64,000 nucleotides of DNA from Eledone cirrhosa (GCA_964016885.1 OZ024746.1:82708001-82772000); one strand, 5' to 3'. Shown: positions 1 to 13,034, numbered from the stretch's first letter. The notes: generated by a model from the letters alone, not told the origin. Made by a program: numbers and translations.

Positions 1-78
1 TTCACCCACTATTTTTGTATAACTTTCTCATACTTCCCTACACGTTTTCTGTAACAGTTTCTTATATTTTGTGTAATT

Positions 79-177
79 GTATGTATGTATGTATGTATGT
101 ATGTATGTATGTATGTATGTATGTATGTATGTATGTATGTATGTATGTATGTATGTATGTATGTATGTATGTATGTA
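79..177. repeat. (TATG)n microsatellite
   Basis: Direct reading; explains ORFs 9..233 and 15..206. Confidence 0.95.
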
Positions 178-193
178 TTATTAATGGGAGAAA

Positions 194-419
194 GGTGGTG
201 GATTAGCAGTATCGGAAGAGCGTTGGACAACATGCTTTGCGCTATATAGTTACGGCCTTCTACATTCTGAGTTCAAATCCCGCCGAGGTTAACTTTGCCT
301 TTCATCCTTACATGGTCGATAATATAAAGTACCAGTAATGCACTGGGGTCGATTTAATTGAATTTACACTTAACTTCAAATTGCTGTCCTTGTGCCGAAT
401 CTAGAAACAGGTATTATTA
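194..419 (+). mobile_element. tRNA-head SINE (major family, Nin/Deu-like core), long variant
   Basis: A-box-like ttagcagtatcgg, B box gagttcaaatccc (269-281), core actttgcctttcatcctt...gtcgata...gtaccagt, tail ccttgtgcc...attatta; >20 related copies in window. Confidence 0.85.
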
Positions 420-471
420 GTGGGGGTTGTGATGGTTGAGTGACGGAAAGTAGTAAGTATATGATACGTGG

Positions 472-665
472 TAATAATTGTTTCTACTTTAGGCACAAGG
501 CCAGCAATTATCCCAGTGCATTACTGGTACTTTATTTTACCGACCCCGAAAGGACGAAAGGCAAAGTCAACCTCGGCGGGATTTGAACTCAGACCGTAAA
601 GTGCCGTAACTCTATGCTGCTAAGCATGGAGTCCGACCCTCTACCGATACTGCCAACCCATCGCC
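472..665 (-). mobile_element. Major SINE, short variant, full length
   Basis: Reverse complement of the 194-419 family; flanked by near-duplicate tgata(c/g)gtggtaataat (TSD-like). Confidence 0.9.
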
Positions 666-677
666 ATTGATAGGTGG

Positions 678-845
678 TAATAATTGTTTCTACTTTAGGC
701 ACAAGGCCGGCAATTATCCCAGTGCATTACTGGTACTTTATTTTATCGACCTCGTAAGGATGAAAAGCAAAGTTAACCTCGGCGGGATTTGAACTCAGAT
801 CGTAAAGGGACGTAACTGTGCTGGAAAGCATGGCGTCCGACTCTC
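678..845 (-). mobile_element. Major SINE, head-truncated, tandem with previous copy
   Basis: taataattgtttctactttaggcacaagg...gggatttgaactcag...ggcgtccgac. Confidence 0.85.
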
Positions 846-884
846 TCAGTAGCAGTAATAACCCTATTGGTGGAATTAGTATCA

Positions 885-2815
885 GTGGTGGTGGTGATGA
901 TTGTTGTGATGATGATTGTTGTGGTGTTGGTGGTGGTGGTGATTGTTGTGGTGTTGGCGGTGGTGGTGATTGTTGTGATGATGATTGTTGTGGTGATGAT
1001 TGTTGTGGTGATGATGATTGTGGTGGTGTTGGCGGTGGTGGTGATTGTGGTGGTGTTGGCGGTGTTTATAAAAATGATGGCAATAGTGATATATTGTAAT
1101 GAATGTGGTGTTTATGAGGATGTTCGGGAGGTGTTGATGATGATGATGATGTTGGTAATGATGGTGGATGTTGTATTGGTGGTGGTTATGGTGGTAGCAG
1201 TTGTGGTGGTGGTTGTGGCAGTGGTGATTGTGGCGGTGGTGATTGTGGTGGTAGCAGTTGTGGTGGTGGTTGTGGCAGTGGTGGTTGTGGCGGTGGTGGT
1301 TGTGGTGGTAGCAGTTGTGGTGCTGGTTGTGGCGGTGGTGGTTGTGGTGGTGGTTGTGGCGGTGGTGGTTGTGGTGGTGGTTGTGGCGGTGGTGGTTGTG
1401 GTGGTGGTTGTGGCGGTGGTGGTTGTGGTGGTGGTTGTGGTGGTGGTGGTTGTGGTGTTGGTAGTTGTTGTGGTGGTTGTAGTGGTGGTTGTAGTGGTGG
1501 TAGTTGTGTTGGTGGTTGTAGTGGTGGTAGTGGTGGCAGCAGTTGTGATTGTGGTGGTGGTTATTGTGGTGGTGGTTGTGGTTGTGGTGGTGGTTGTGGT
1601 GGTGGTGGTTGTGGTGTTGGTAGTTGTGGTGGTTGTCGTAGATGTGGTGGTGGTTATGGTGGGGATTGTGGTAATAGCAGTTGTGGTGGTAGTTATGGAG
1701 GCGGTTGTGATGGTGGTGGTTGTAGTGGTGGTGGTTATGGTGGTGGTTGTGGTGGTGGTTGTGATGGTGGTGGTTGTGGTGGTGGTAGTTGTTGTGGTGG
1801 TTGTAGTGGTGGTTGTAGTGGTGGTAGTTGTGTTGGTGGTTGTAGTGGTGGTAGTGGTGGCAGCAGTTGTGATTGTGGTGGTGGTTATTGTGGTGGTGGT
1901 TGTGGTTGTGGTGGTGGTTGTGGTGGTGGTGGTTGTGGTGTTGGTAGTTGTGGTGGTTGTCGTAGATGTGGTGGTGGTTATGGTGGGGATTGTGGTAATA
2001 GCAGTTGTGGTGGTAGTTATGGAGGCGGTTGTGATGGTGGTGGTTGTAGTGGTGGTGGTTATGGTGGTGGTTGTGGTGGTGGTTGTGATGGTGGTGGTTG
2101 TGGTGGTGGTAGTTGTTGTGGTGGTTGTAGTGGTGGTTGTAGTGGTGGTAGTTGTGTTGGTGGTTGTAGTGGTGGTAGTGGTGGCAGCAGTTGTGATTGT
2201 GGTGGTGGTTATTGTGGTGGTGGTTGTGGTTGTGGTGGTGGTTGTGGTGGTGGTGGTTGTGGTGTTGGTAGTTGTGGTGGTTGTCGTAGATGTGGTGGTG
2301 GTTATGGTGGGGATTGTGGTAATAGCAGTTGTGGTGGTAGTTATGGAGGCGGTTGTGATGGTGGTGGTTGTAGTGGTGGTGGTTATGGTGGTGGTTGTGG
2401 TGGTGGTTGTGATGGTGGTGGTTGTGGTGGTGGTAGTTGTTGTGGTGGTTGTAGTGGTGGTTGTAGTGGTGGTAGTTGTGTTGGTGGTTGTAGTGGTGGT
2501 AGTGGTGGCAGCAGTTGTGATTGTGGTGGTGGTTATTGTGGTGGTGGTTGTGGTTGTGGTGGTGGTTGTGATGGTGGTGGTTGTGGTGGTGGTAGTTGTT
2601 GTGGTGGTTGTAGTGGTGGTTGTAATGGTGGTAGTTGTGTTGGTGGTTGTAGTGGTGGTAGTGGTGGCAGCAGTTGTGATTGTGGTGGTGGTTATTGTGG
2701 TGGTGGTTGTGGTGGTGGTGGTGGTTGTGGTGGTGGTTGTGGTGGTGGTGGTAGTTGTGGTGGTGGTTGTGGCTGTGGTGGTGGTTGTGGTGGTGGTTGT
2801 AGTGGTGGTTGTGAT
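885..2815. repeat. Complex (GTN)n trinucleotide repeat with 324-bp higher-order unit
   Basis: Marker gtcgtagatgtgg at 1635, 1959 and 2283 (period 324); source of the poly-Val and poly-Thr ORFs. Confidence 0.9.
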
Positions 2816-2877
2816 AGGCTTGACTATAGTGGTTGTTAAATGTGCAAAAGAATAAACGTCACATATTTCATACAAGG

Positions 2878-2878
<1 letters not shown>

Positions 2879-2933
<55 letters not shown>

Positions 2934-3074
2934 AATGAGATAGGAGAGGGTGTAAACTAAGGCTAGTTTGACAAATAATGTATTGGACAGAATGTCTAGT
3001 TTTAATCCAGTGTTTCCTAGTCTGGGAATCTAAGTCGCAGCCTGACCAATAGGTATATGCCTTCCATCACAGAC

Positions 3075-3143
<69 letters not shown>

Positions 3144-3222
3144 CATGTATGTATGTATGTATGTATGTATGTATGTATGTATGTATGTATGTATGTATGT
3201 ATGTATGTATGTATGTATGTAT
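2879..3222. repeat. (GATA)n, (GA)n, (CA)n and (TATG)n microsatellite cluster
   Basis: Direct reading. Confidence 0.9.
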
Positions 3223-3452
3223 ATGTCCAGCGATGGTAATATAGTTTGAAGGTTAGAACCTAAATAGAACTCTATTCACATGGGGCTCCGATAATATATA
3301 ACTATATCCTATCTCTCTTATCAAGAAAAATTACCTCCTCAACGAAATTTCGTCGCCAGGGACACATTTTTCTCACCTCTTCCCTCTTTTTTCTTCCTTA
3401 ACGTTATCTGACGCGACGCTTTCACTTATATACATTGTTAGTCTTGCTAACA

Positions 3453-3811
3453 CTCTTCTTCTTCTTCTTCTTCTTCTTCTTTTTCTTCTTCTTCTTCTTC
3501 TTCTTCTTCTTCTTCTTCTTCTTCTTCTTCTTCTTCTTCTTCTTCTTCTTCTTCTTCTTCTTCTTCTTCTTCTTCTTCTTCTTCTTCTTCTTCTTCTTCT
3601 TCTCGGAGGCTCATGGGTAGTAGTAGTAGTAGTAGTTACTGTAGTAGTAGTTTTAGTGGTGGTGGTAGTAGTAGTGGTAGTAGTGGTAGTAACAATAGTG
3701 GTAGTAGTAGTAGTTGTAGTAGTAGTTGTAGTAGTAGCTGTAGTAGTAGTAGTAGTAGTAGTAGTAGAAGTAGTAGTAGTAGTAGTAGTAACAGTAGTAG
3801 TAGTGGTAGTG

Positions 3812-3910
<99 letters not shown>
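3453..3910. repeat. (CTT)n followed by (TAG)n trinucleotide microsatellites
   Basis: Direct reading: 3453-3602 and 3617-3910. Confidence 0.95.
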
Positions 3911-4304
3911 TATCTGTAACGATATTAATAAATTGTGACTGATAGTTCACAGCGGAACTAGATGTCCTAGTTCACCTCCCCCCACCTAACTAAGTAATTC
4001 TAATTCTTCTTCTCACCAAAACCAGTTCGGGTTTTTTACTACATGGCGAGCTCATCTCCCGCCCGTCCCCCGACAACAAACGAAGGGAAGAATTACTCAC
4101 TACATCATACAATAGCAAGCTTTTGCAATAGTTTGACAATATTTTTATCTACACGCCCTCCCTCTACTTACTCTCGAGGTGTACTAGATGGAACGACCAT
4201 AAATATATTACAGAGGAAACCAAATAGTCTGCACACAGAAATAAAAGAACGTTGGAATACATTGACCGCCATTACGTAAGAGCTAATTAGCATGTCAGGC
4301 TAAT

Positions 4305-4882
4305 TCTATACACTATACACTATACACTATACACTATTTCAGGCTTTATACTACACTAAACACAGAGCTATACAACACTTCAAGCCCTATACAATATATA
4401 GTGCTATTCATCACTATATTACATTATATATATTGCTACACAACCTTGCAAGCCTTATACTACACTATATATAGTTCTATAGAACACAAAAAGCCCTATA
4501 CTACACTATATATAGTTCTATACAACACAAAAAGCCCTAACTACACTATATATAGTTCTATACAACACAAAAGCCCTATACTACGCTATATACAGTGCAA
4601 TACAACACCGCAGGCCTTATACTACACTATATATCATGTTATACAACACCGCAAGCCCTATACTACGCTATATATAGTGTTATGCAACACCGCAAGCCCT
4701 ATACCACACTATATATAGTTATATACAACACTTCAAGCCCTATACTACATTATACCATTATATATAGTGCTATACAACACCGCAAGCCCTATACTACATT
4801 ATATATAGTGCTATACAACACTGCAAGCCCTATACCACACTATATATAGCGAATTACAAGCCCTAATATGCACTATATATAG
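4305..4882. repeat. Diverged ~41-bp minisatellite
   Basis: Consensus close to caagccctatactacactatatatagtgctatacaacaccg, roughly 12 copies. Confidence 0.85.
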
Positions 4883-5147
4883 ACCCACACAATTGGCAGC
4901 CCTTGGGCCTAGATTAGAAATTATTATTAGTAAGGATTGCTATGTGGTGGTAGGGTTCCTCTGTGGCCCTATTTTTTAACCCTATTAAGGGTCTGTTATT
5001 GAGTTGCAAAATTCTCTCGACAATTTAGTATTTATGACATCTCAACAGTCAGTGAGATAATTAGGTACAACCCACAGATCTTTTGTTCCAAATGTACACA
5101 GTCTCATCTTAACTGAGGGCCACACCAAATATATTCCGACATGCAAA

Positions 5148-6185
5148 CTGGTAGAATGTAAAAAAAACAAAGCAAATGCTTTTGTGGTATTTGCTTTGGC
5201 GTCGATAAAATAAAGTACTAGTGAAGTACTGGAGTCGATAAAATAAAGTACTAGTGAAGTACTGGAGTCGATAAAATAAAGTACTAGTGAAGTACTGGCG
5301 TCGATAAAATAAAGTACTAATGAAGTACTGGAGTCGATAAAATAAAGTACTAGTGAAGTACTGAAGTCGATAAAATAAAGTACTAGTGAAGTACTGGAGT
5401 CGATAAAATAAAGTACTAGTGAAGTACTGGCGTCGATAAAATAAAGTACTAGTGAAGTACTGGAGTCGATAAAATAAAGTACTAGTGAAGTACTGGAGTC
5501 GATAAAATAAAGTACTAGTGAAGTACTGGAGTCGATAAAATAAAGTACTAGTGAAGTACTGGCGTCGATAAAATAAAGTACTAATGAAGTACTGGAGTCG
5601 ATAAAATAAAGTACTAGTGAAATACTGGAGTCGATAAAATAAAGTACTAGTGAAGTACTGGAGTCGATAAAATAAAGTACTAGTGAAGTACTGGAGTCGA
5701 TAAAATAAAGTACTAGTGAAGTACTGGAGTCGATAAAATAAAGTACTAGTGAAGTACTGGAATCGATAAAATAAAGTACCTGTGAAGTACTGGAATCGAT
5801 AAAATAAAGTACTAGTGAAGTACTGGAGTCGATAAAATAAAGTGCTAGTGAAATACTGAAGTCGATAAAATAAAGTACTAGTGAAGTACTGGCGTCGATA
5901 AAATAAAGTACTAGTGAAGTACTGGAATCGATAAAATAAAGTACTAGTGAAGTACTGGCGTCGATAAAATAAAGTACTAGTGAAGTACCGGAGTCGATAA
6001 AATAAAGTACTAATGAAGTACTGGAGTCGATAAAATAAAGTACCAGTGAAGTACTGGAATCGATAAAATAAAGTACCAGTGAAGTACTGGAATCGATAAA
6101 ATGAAGTACCAGTGAAGTACTGGAGTTGATATAATTGATTTTCCCTTCCCTACACATTGCTGGCCTTGTGCCTAAATTCTAAATT
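5148..6185 (+). mobile_element. Major-family SINE whose interior has expanded into a minisatellite
   Basis: Decayed head ctggtagaat...aaatgcttttgtggtattt before the array; SINE tail ttgctggccttgtgcctaaattct after it. Confidence 0.7.
5201..6128. repeat. 33-bp minisatellite, ~28 copies
   Basis: Unit gtcgataaaataaagtactagtgaagtactgga; appears as the 11-aa repeat in ORF 5042..6157. Confidence 0.95.
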
Positions 6186-6760
6186 AGAAATCCTTATGTT
6201 CTTTTGAAGTTTGTCAAGGCTACGTGGAAAGTATACTATTTAGAATAGTATACTTCTAGAAATCTAGGAGTGTTGTAGATGTTTTATGTGTTTGTGAGGT
6301 ATCATGTTATTTTGAAGATTTGACATTTATATTTATCCGGGTCTTTTGTATCGCTAGTTTGTGTGGGTTGTTGTTGTTTTTTTAAATGTTTGTTTTGAGT
6401 TGCTGGCCTCAGTTTATCTCTTCTATGTGCATTTATGTGTTGCTGTATTATTCAGACCCTCGGTTGTTGTGCTGCAATCAATTGAGTTAAGTGTTTGCCT
6501 AGTTTTAGGGTTCTTAGCTTACATATTTGCTTCTGGCAGTCTGTTGTTTGTTATTGATATTCGACTTTAATATCAGATAATTAATTGATGTTTATGACAG
6601 CAATTACTTATGTGCATGTTTTCTTTCCGCTACCCACGCTCTAAAATGTTGTTCTCTGCTTCATTTACACACTGGAAATAATTAAATTGTATAGAAAGAA
6701 GACAAAAAAAGCTTATGACTTCACAGTATGTGTTTTACGTTTCGAATATTTTCTTCCTCA

Positions 6761-6944
6761 AATAATTGTTTCTACTTTTAGCACAAGGCCAGAAATTATC
6801 CCAGTGCATTACTGGTACTTTATTCTATCGACCCCGTAAGGATGAAAGTCAAAGTTAACCTCGGCGGGATTTGAACTCAGAGGACCGTAACTCTATGCTG
6901 CAAAGCATGGCATCCGACCCTCTACCGATACTGCCTATCCACCC
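6761..6944 (-). mobile_element. Major SINE, short variant
   Basis: Full tail-to-head match with small internal deletion. Confidence 0.9.
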
Positions 6945-7177
6945 TCACCTATGAATTAGCTTAAATTCAATCTGTTTAGTATTGGATACTATCATATGTT
7001 TGTTTTAGAGGTGTAAGTGTAGTTTTATATTTTAAACAAGAGAGATTGAGAGTAGCTCTAATATAAAGTTAGCTAGTTCAATTTACTGTTCTCAAACGGA
7101 CTTTTCATTTCATTTGTTTTTTCCTTAACATATCGTAAGTGATATGTGACTGAAATGCCATAAAAAGCACAGGCACG

Positions 7178-7257
<80 letters not shown>

Positions 7258-8164
7258 GGCATGTATATATATATATTTTTTTTTTCACTGAGTCAAAAAC
7301 TCCGTTACTCAATATGCTACCTAAATGGGGGGGAGGGGGGGGGGGTGATGGTGATGGTGGAAATGTCTTAGATCACTCGAACACGCAATAATAATCTTGA
7401 AGATATTCTAAATTCCACATGTTTCCTTGAGGTAAAGTAAAAATAAAAAAAATTATAAAAAAAAAACAAGAAAGAATAAAAAAGATTCATTGATCATCCA
7501 GCAAACAAACAAAGAAACAAAAACAACAGCAGTGCCAAAAAGCAAAAACAAAGCAAAAAAAAAAAAAAATGAAAGAAATATATATAAATACAAATAAATA
7601 TGAAAGAATATAAAGCATTATCCAGTCCAAACATGATATAGTATCTGATTTAATGTGATCTAAGTACAACATAAATAAAAGTTTTTAATATTTTTATCAA
7701 AAGCCATTGCGACGTTTAAAATTGTTCTGGAGCTTTGAAATATGTTTGGCTTTCAGAGATAATAAATATGACACGCCCTTTTCTTTAGGAGCGGTTGATA
7801 TCATCAGGACTCTTTTGGCTACAACTGTATAGGTGGTGGTGTTTTACTCTAAATAATCAAATACTAAATCTATGTCCTCTCATAGGAAACAAAGCTATCC
7901 ATCATGACATCACCATCAACAGATCTTGATTAAATCTACTGCTGTCCCAATGACACTCCACATACTTCTTCGTCTTTATGTTTGTTTGTTTATATTCTTT
8001 TGTTATTTATTCATTTGTCTTTTCCATTGCATTCAGTTATTCTTTCTTTCTTTCTTTCCTTTTTTTTGCTTTGTTTTCTTTTATTTTATATATGCTTATT
8101 TATTTCCCTCACTGCTCCGTACTCGTGCATACCAGTGCGAAAGTGTGAACGAGTGGACGAAAAT

Positions 8165-8206
8165 ATATGACTATATGACGATATATGACTATATATGACT
8201 ATATAT

Positions 8207-8277
<71 letters not shown>

Positions 8278-8328
8278 CAAATATATATATATACATATAT
8301 ACACACATATATATATATGACTATATAC

Positions 8329-8370
<42 letters not shown>

Positions 8371-8388
8371 GTATATATATATACACAG

Positions 8389-8445
<57 letters not shown>

Positions 8446-8450
8446 CATGT
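8165..8450. repeat. (TA)n/(CA)n compound microsatellite
   Basis: Direct reading. Confidence 0.9.
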
Positions 8451-8695
8451 ACATACATTAGGCATATGCATATTTGTATGTCTAAGTACATATCAATATA
8501 GATTTATAGTTAAACGGAGATACATTTAGACACATGTCTATGTATATGCGCGTGCATTTGTGTGTAAATATATACATATATATTGCTTGTTGATATCGAG
8601 TTAAATCTGTATGTGCTTTTGATTTTTCATTTGTATTTTTTGTGTATGTATGTATGTATGTATGTATGTATGTATGTATGTATGTATGTATGTAT

Positions 8696-9178
8696 GATCG
8701 GGTCATTGGCGACTAAACTGGCAACCCCACCAAGGTTTCTTGGTGAGGAGGGTGACTTTGGACATCCTGCAGGACTAAAAACAAAACCTGTCAAAGGGCA
8801 AAGGAGCTCTTAAGAGTCAATGGCCATCCAAAATCACCGGGAGAGATGACCCCTTAGCCTTTGTCAAGGCAGAATTCTAGGAGAAGGAAAACTCTGATAT
8901 AACACCTGCAACTCTGATGGTATCCAATGATGTTGACTTGTTCTTCTTTTTGGTAAATATCATCTTGGTCAAGAGAGTGGGACTGGCTTTTTGCAGTGCC
9001 TTTGCTCACTATAAAAGCTTCACGGCACAGGCATTGCTTTATATCTGGAGATCTCAAGTCACTGGTTGGACTAAAAAGTCACACTCGTTCAGCGCATCGG
9101 TAGTGGTTCTCCTACATAGATATAAAGTAGTGACTGTACTCGAAAACGAGTTGGCCGCCACCATATATGTATGTATGT
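8696..9178 (+). mobile_element. Non-coding dispersed retroposon, probably RTE-derived (5'UTR-like + 3'UTR-like), (TATG)n tail
   Basis: Homologous segments at 18551-18765 (-), 18775-19038 (-) and 62445-62580 (+); motif ctaggagaaggaaaactctg recalled from RTE 5' regions. Confidence 0.6.
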
Positions 9179-9300
9179 AGATGAAAACTGGCGACGGAGT
9201 GAGCGGACAGCAGAAGAACTCCCAAGTGTTTTGGCCTTTGATTTCTCCTAAAACTTTAAGGGACCGGTCTCATGACTCATAGTTGTGCTCCTGCTGCTTT

Positions 9301-9381
9301 TCCTTTCCAGCGGGATATGAACCCGGGATCTTTCGATGGTTTACACCATTTCTGTGGTTTACACAATTCGGCCACAAAAGA
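9301..9381 (-). pseudogene. tRNA-like element (tRNA pseudogene or SINE head)
   Basis: Minus strand: A box tggccgaattg, T arm cggg-ttcatat-cccg, imperfect acceptor stem tctttt/aaagga; anticodon arm not assignable. Confidence 0.4.
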
Positions 9382-9423
9382 ACATCAGTGGAGCTAACAT
9401 TTCACATCTATTTAAAAGTCCAT

Positions 9424-12013
9424 ACACCATCAGTATAACTAACACTTTACATCTCTTTAAACACCATCAGTATAACTAACACTTTACATCTCTTTAAACA
9501 CCATCAGTATAACTAACACTTTAGATCTCTTTAAACACCATCAGTATAACTAACACTTTACATCTTTTTAAACACCATCAGTATAACTAACACTTTACAT
9601 CTCTTTAAACACCATCAGTATAACTAACACTTTACATCTATTTAAACACCATCAGTATAACTAACACTTTAGATCTCTTTAAACACCATCAGTATAACTA
9701 ACACTTTACATCTCTTTAAACACCATCAGTATAACTAACACTTTACATCTCTTTAAACACCATCAGTATAACTAACACTTTACATCTCTTTAAACACCAT
9801 CAGTATAACTAACACTTTACATCTATTTAAACACCATCAGTATAACTAACACTTTAGATCTCTTTAAACACCATCAGTATAACTAATACTTTACATCTCT
9901 TTAAACACCATCAGTATAACTAACACTTTACATCTCTTTAAACACCATCAGTATAACTAACACTTTACATCTCTTTAAACACCATCAGTATAACTAACAC
10001 TTTACATCTCTTTAAACACCATCAGTATAACTAACACTTTACATCTCTTTAAACACCATCAGTATAACTAACACTTTACATCTATTTAAACACCATCAGT
10101 ATAACTAACACTTTAGATCTCTTTAAACACCATCAGTATAACTAACACTTTACATCTCTTTAAACACCATCAGTATAACTAACACTTTACATCTATTTAA
10201 ACACCATCAGTATAACTAACACTTTACATCTCTTTAAACACCATCAGTATAACTAACACTTTACATCTCTTTAAACACCATCAGTATAACTAACACTTTA
10301 CATCTCTTTAAACACCATCAGTATAACTAACACTTTACATCTCTTTAAACACCATCAGTATAACTAACACTTTACATCTCTTTAAACACCATCAGTATAA
10401 CTAACACTTTACATCTCTTTAAACACCATCAGTATAACTAACACTTTACATCTCTTTAAACACCATCAGTATAACTAACACTTTACATCTCTTTAAACAC
10501 CATCAGTATAACTAACACTTTACATCTCTTTAAACACCATCAGTATAACTAACACTTTAGATCTCTTTAAACACCATCAGTATAACTAACACTTTACATC
10601 TCTTTAAACACCATCAGTATAACTAACACTTTACATCTCTTTAAACACCATCAGTATAACTAACACTTTACATCTCTTTAAACACCATCAGTATAACTAA
10701 CACTTTACATCTCTTTAAACACCATCAGTATAACTAACACTTTACATCTCTTTAAACACCATCAGTATAACTAACACTTTACATCTCTTTAAACACCATC
10801 AGTATAACTAACACTTTACATCTCTTTAAACACCATCAGTATAACTAACACTTTACATCTCTTTAAACACCATCAGTATAACTAACACTTTACATCTCTT
10901 TAAACACCATCAGTATAACTAACACTTTACATCTCTTTAAACACCATCAGTATAACTAACACTTTACATCTCTTTAAACACCATCAGTATAACTAACACT
11001 TTACATCTCTTTAAACACCATCAGTATAACTAACACTTTAGATCTCTTTAAACACCATCAGTATAACTAACACTTTACATCTCTTTAAACACCATCAGTA
11101 TAACTAACACTTTACATCTCTTTAAACACCATCAGTATAACTAACACTTTACATCTCTTTAAACACCATCAGTATAACTAACACTTTACATCTCTTTAAA
11201 CACCATCAGTATAACTAACACTTTACATCTCTTTAAACACCATCAGTATAACTAACACTTTACATCTCTTTAAACACCATCAGTATAACTAACACTTTAC
11301 ATCTCTTTAAACACCATCAGTATAACTAACACTTTACATCTCTTTAAACACCATCAGTATAACTAACACTTTACATCTCTTTAAACACCATCAGTATAAC
11401 TAACACTTTACATCTCTTTAAACACCATCAGTATAACTAACACTTTACATCTCTTTAAACACCATCAGTATAACTAACACTTTACATCTCTTTAAACACC
11501 ATCAGTATAACTAACACTTTACATCTCTTTAAACACCATCAGTATAACTAACACTTTACATCTCTTTAAACACCATCAGTATAACTAACACTTTACATCT
11601 CTTTAAACACCATCAGTATAACTAACACTTTACATCTCTTTAAACACCATCAGTATAACTAACACTTTACATCTCTTTAAACACCATCAGTATAACTAAC
11701 ACTTTACATCTCTTTAAACACCATCAGTATAACTAACACTTTACATCTCTTTAAACACCATCAGTATAACTAACACTTTACATCTCTTTAAACACCATCA
11801 GTATAACTAACACTTTACATCTCTTTAAACACCATCAGTATAACTAACACTTTACATCTCTTTAAACACCATCAGTATAACTAACACTTTACATCTCTTT
11901 AAACACCATCAGTATAACTAACACTTTACATCTCTTTAAACACCATCAGTATAACTAACACTTTACATCTCTTTAAACACCATCAGTATAACTAACACTT
12001 TACATCTATTTAA
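9424..12013. repeat. 37-bp tandem array, ~70 near-identical copies
   Basis: Unit acaccatcagtataactaacactttacatctctttaa (9424 to 9461); sparse tagatc and tctattt variants; no spacers. Confidence 0.97.
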
Positions 12014-12194
12014 ATATCTATATACACACAAACACGACCACAAGCATCCACACATACACAAAACAAATTATAAACACATGTGTATGTAATCATATGCATT
12101 TTGGACGGTTTCAGCCACTCGGCACCAGCCATGCTGGGCCACTGCCTCCAAGAGAGATTCAGCATGACACACTGAGCCAGAAGGCTGGCATTTT

Positions 12195-12340
12195 GAATTA
12201 CAGGTACAGCTCATTTTTTCTACCTGAGTGAACTGAAGCAACGTAAGATAAAGTTTCTTGTTCAAATGCATAATGCACCGCCGGGAATCGAGTTACGACC
12301 TTACGATCATAAACCGAACAACCAAACCACTAAGCCATGC
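12195..12340 (-). mobile_element. Second tRNA-head SINE family (CORE-like body), decayed
   Basis: Minus: tggcttagtggt A box, ctcgattccc B-box-like, then ttgaacaagaaactttatcttacgttgc resembling CORE; related head at 39912 (+). Confidence 0.6.
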
Positions 12341-12420
12341 ACATTCATCCCATCGTAGCTACACACACGTGTTCATTTACTCGAAGCTAAGACTCTCCTC
12401 CTGTGTTGCTCTGGACACAA

Positions 12421-12750
12421 GCATGGCCGAGTGACAAAGAAGTTTGCTTTGTAATCATGAGGTTTCTGGATTCGTTCTGACTCCGTGGCAAGTGTCTTTT
12501 TCATAACTATAAGCCGTGGGAGTTATTTCTTCTATAGACACAAACTATGTAGAAGCTTGTCGGATGGATTGCACTTGTAATTTAAAGGTCTAGCCTTCTC
12601 ATATAATATGCAACGCTGGTTCAGTCTGGGAATTACGTTAAGTGTTCACGTGTCTGTAGAATAATCAACTCCTTACACGTTAATTCACGAGTTGGATGTT
12701 CAGTTGTTTCAATAACCAAATACTCATTGTCAAAACCGACAGAAGATCCA
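12421..12750 (+). mobile_element. Decayed tRNA-head SINE
   Basis: tggccgagtg A-box-like, ggattcgttc, ggcaagtgtctt CORE-like motif. Confidence 0.5.
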
Positions 12751-12933
12751 TCATCGCTCTAAGTTTCTCTGCTACATAACTTTACTATATGTATTGAGGA
12801 CATTTTCTTTCGTTTGTGTATGCAAACATACACACACACACACACACACAAACACACTCACACGCTCACACACACACACACACACACACACAAACTCACG
12901 CACTCACAAACACACCGCATGCACACTCATATC

Positions 12934-13034
12934 ATATAGAAATGATTTGTACAGGACTATAACTGTTTCATTCGTGTGGGTGATGAGTTCAAACGAATGG
13001 AACAGTTCTAGCCCCTTAGAAGTAATTTCTATAT
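12934..13034. mobile_element. Short foldback with decayed hammerhead-like core
   Basis: Arms 12934-12975 and 12993-13034; tgatga-gttc-aaac-gaat-ggaa-cagtt; homologous to 29532-29806. Confidence 0.55.

Noticed and set aside
194-300. tRNA gene
   Set aside because: A and B boxes belong to the SINE head; no cloverleaf, and it continues into the SINE body
867-2875. 662-aa poly-Val and 587-aa poly-Thr CDS
   Set aside because: Trinucleotide repeat open on both strands; no convincing start or splice context
5201-6128. CRISPR array or 371-aa repeat protein
   Set aside because: No spacers; unit derives from the SINE core
7770-7815. Minus-strand CTGATGA...GAAA hammerhead
   Set aside because: No stem II, stem III or matching stem I
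9424-12013. CRISPR array (37-bp repeats)
   Set aside because: Units are contiguous with no unique spacers, there are no cas genes, and the context is eukaryotic
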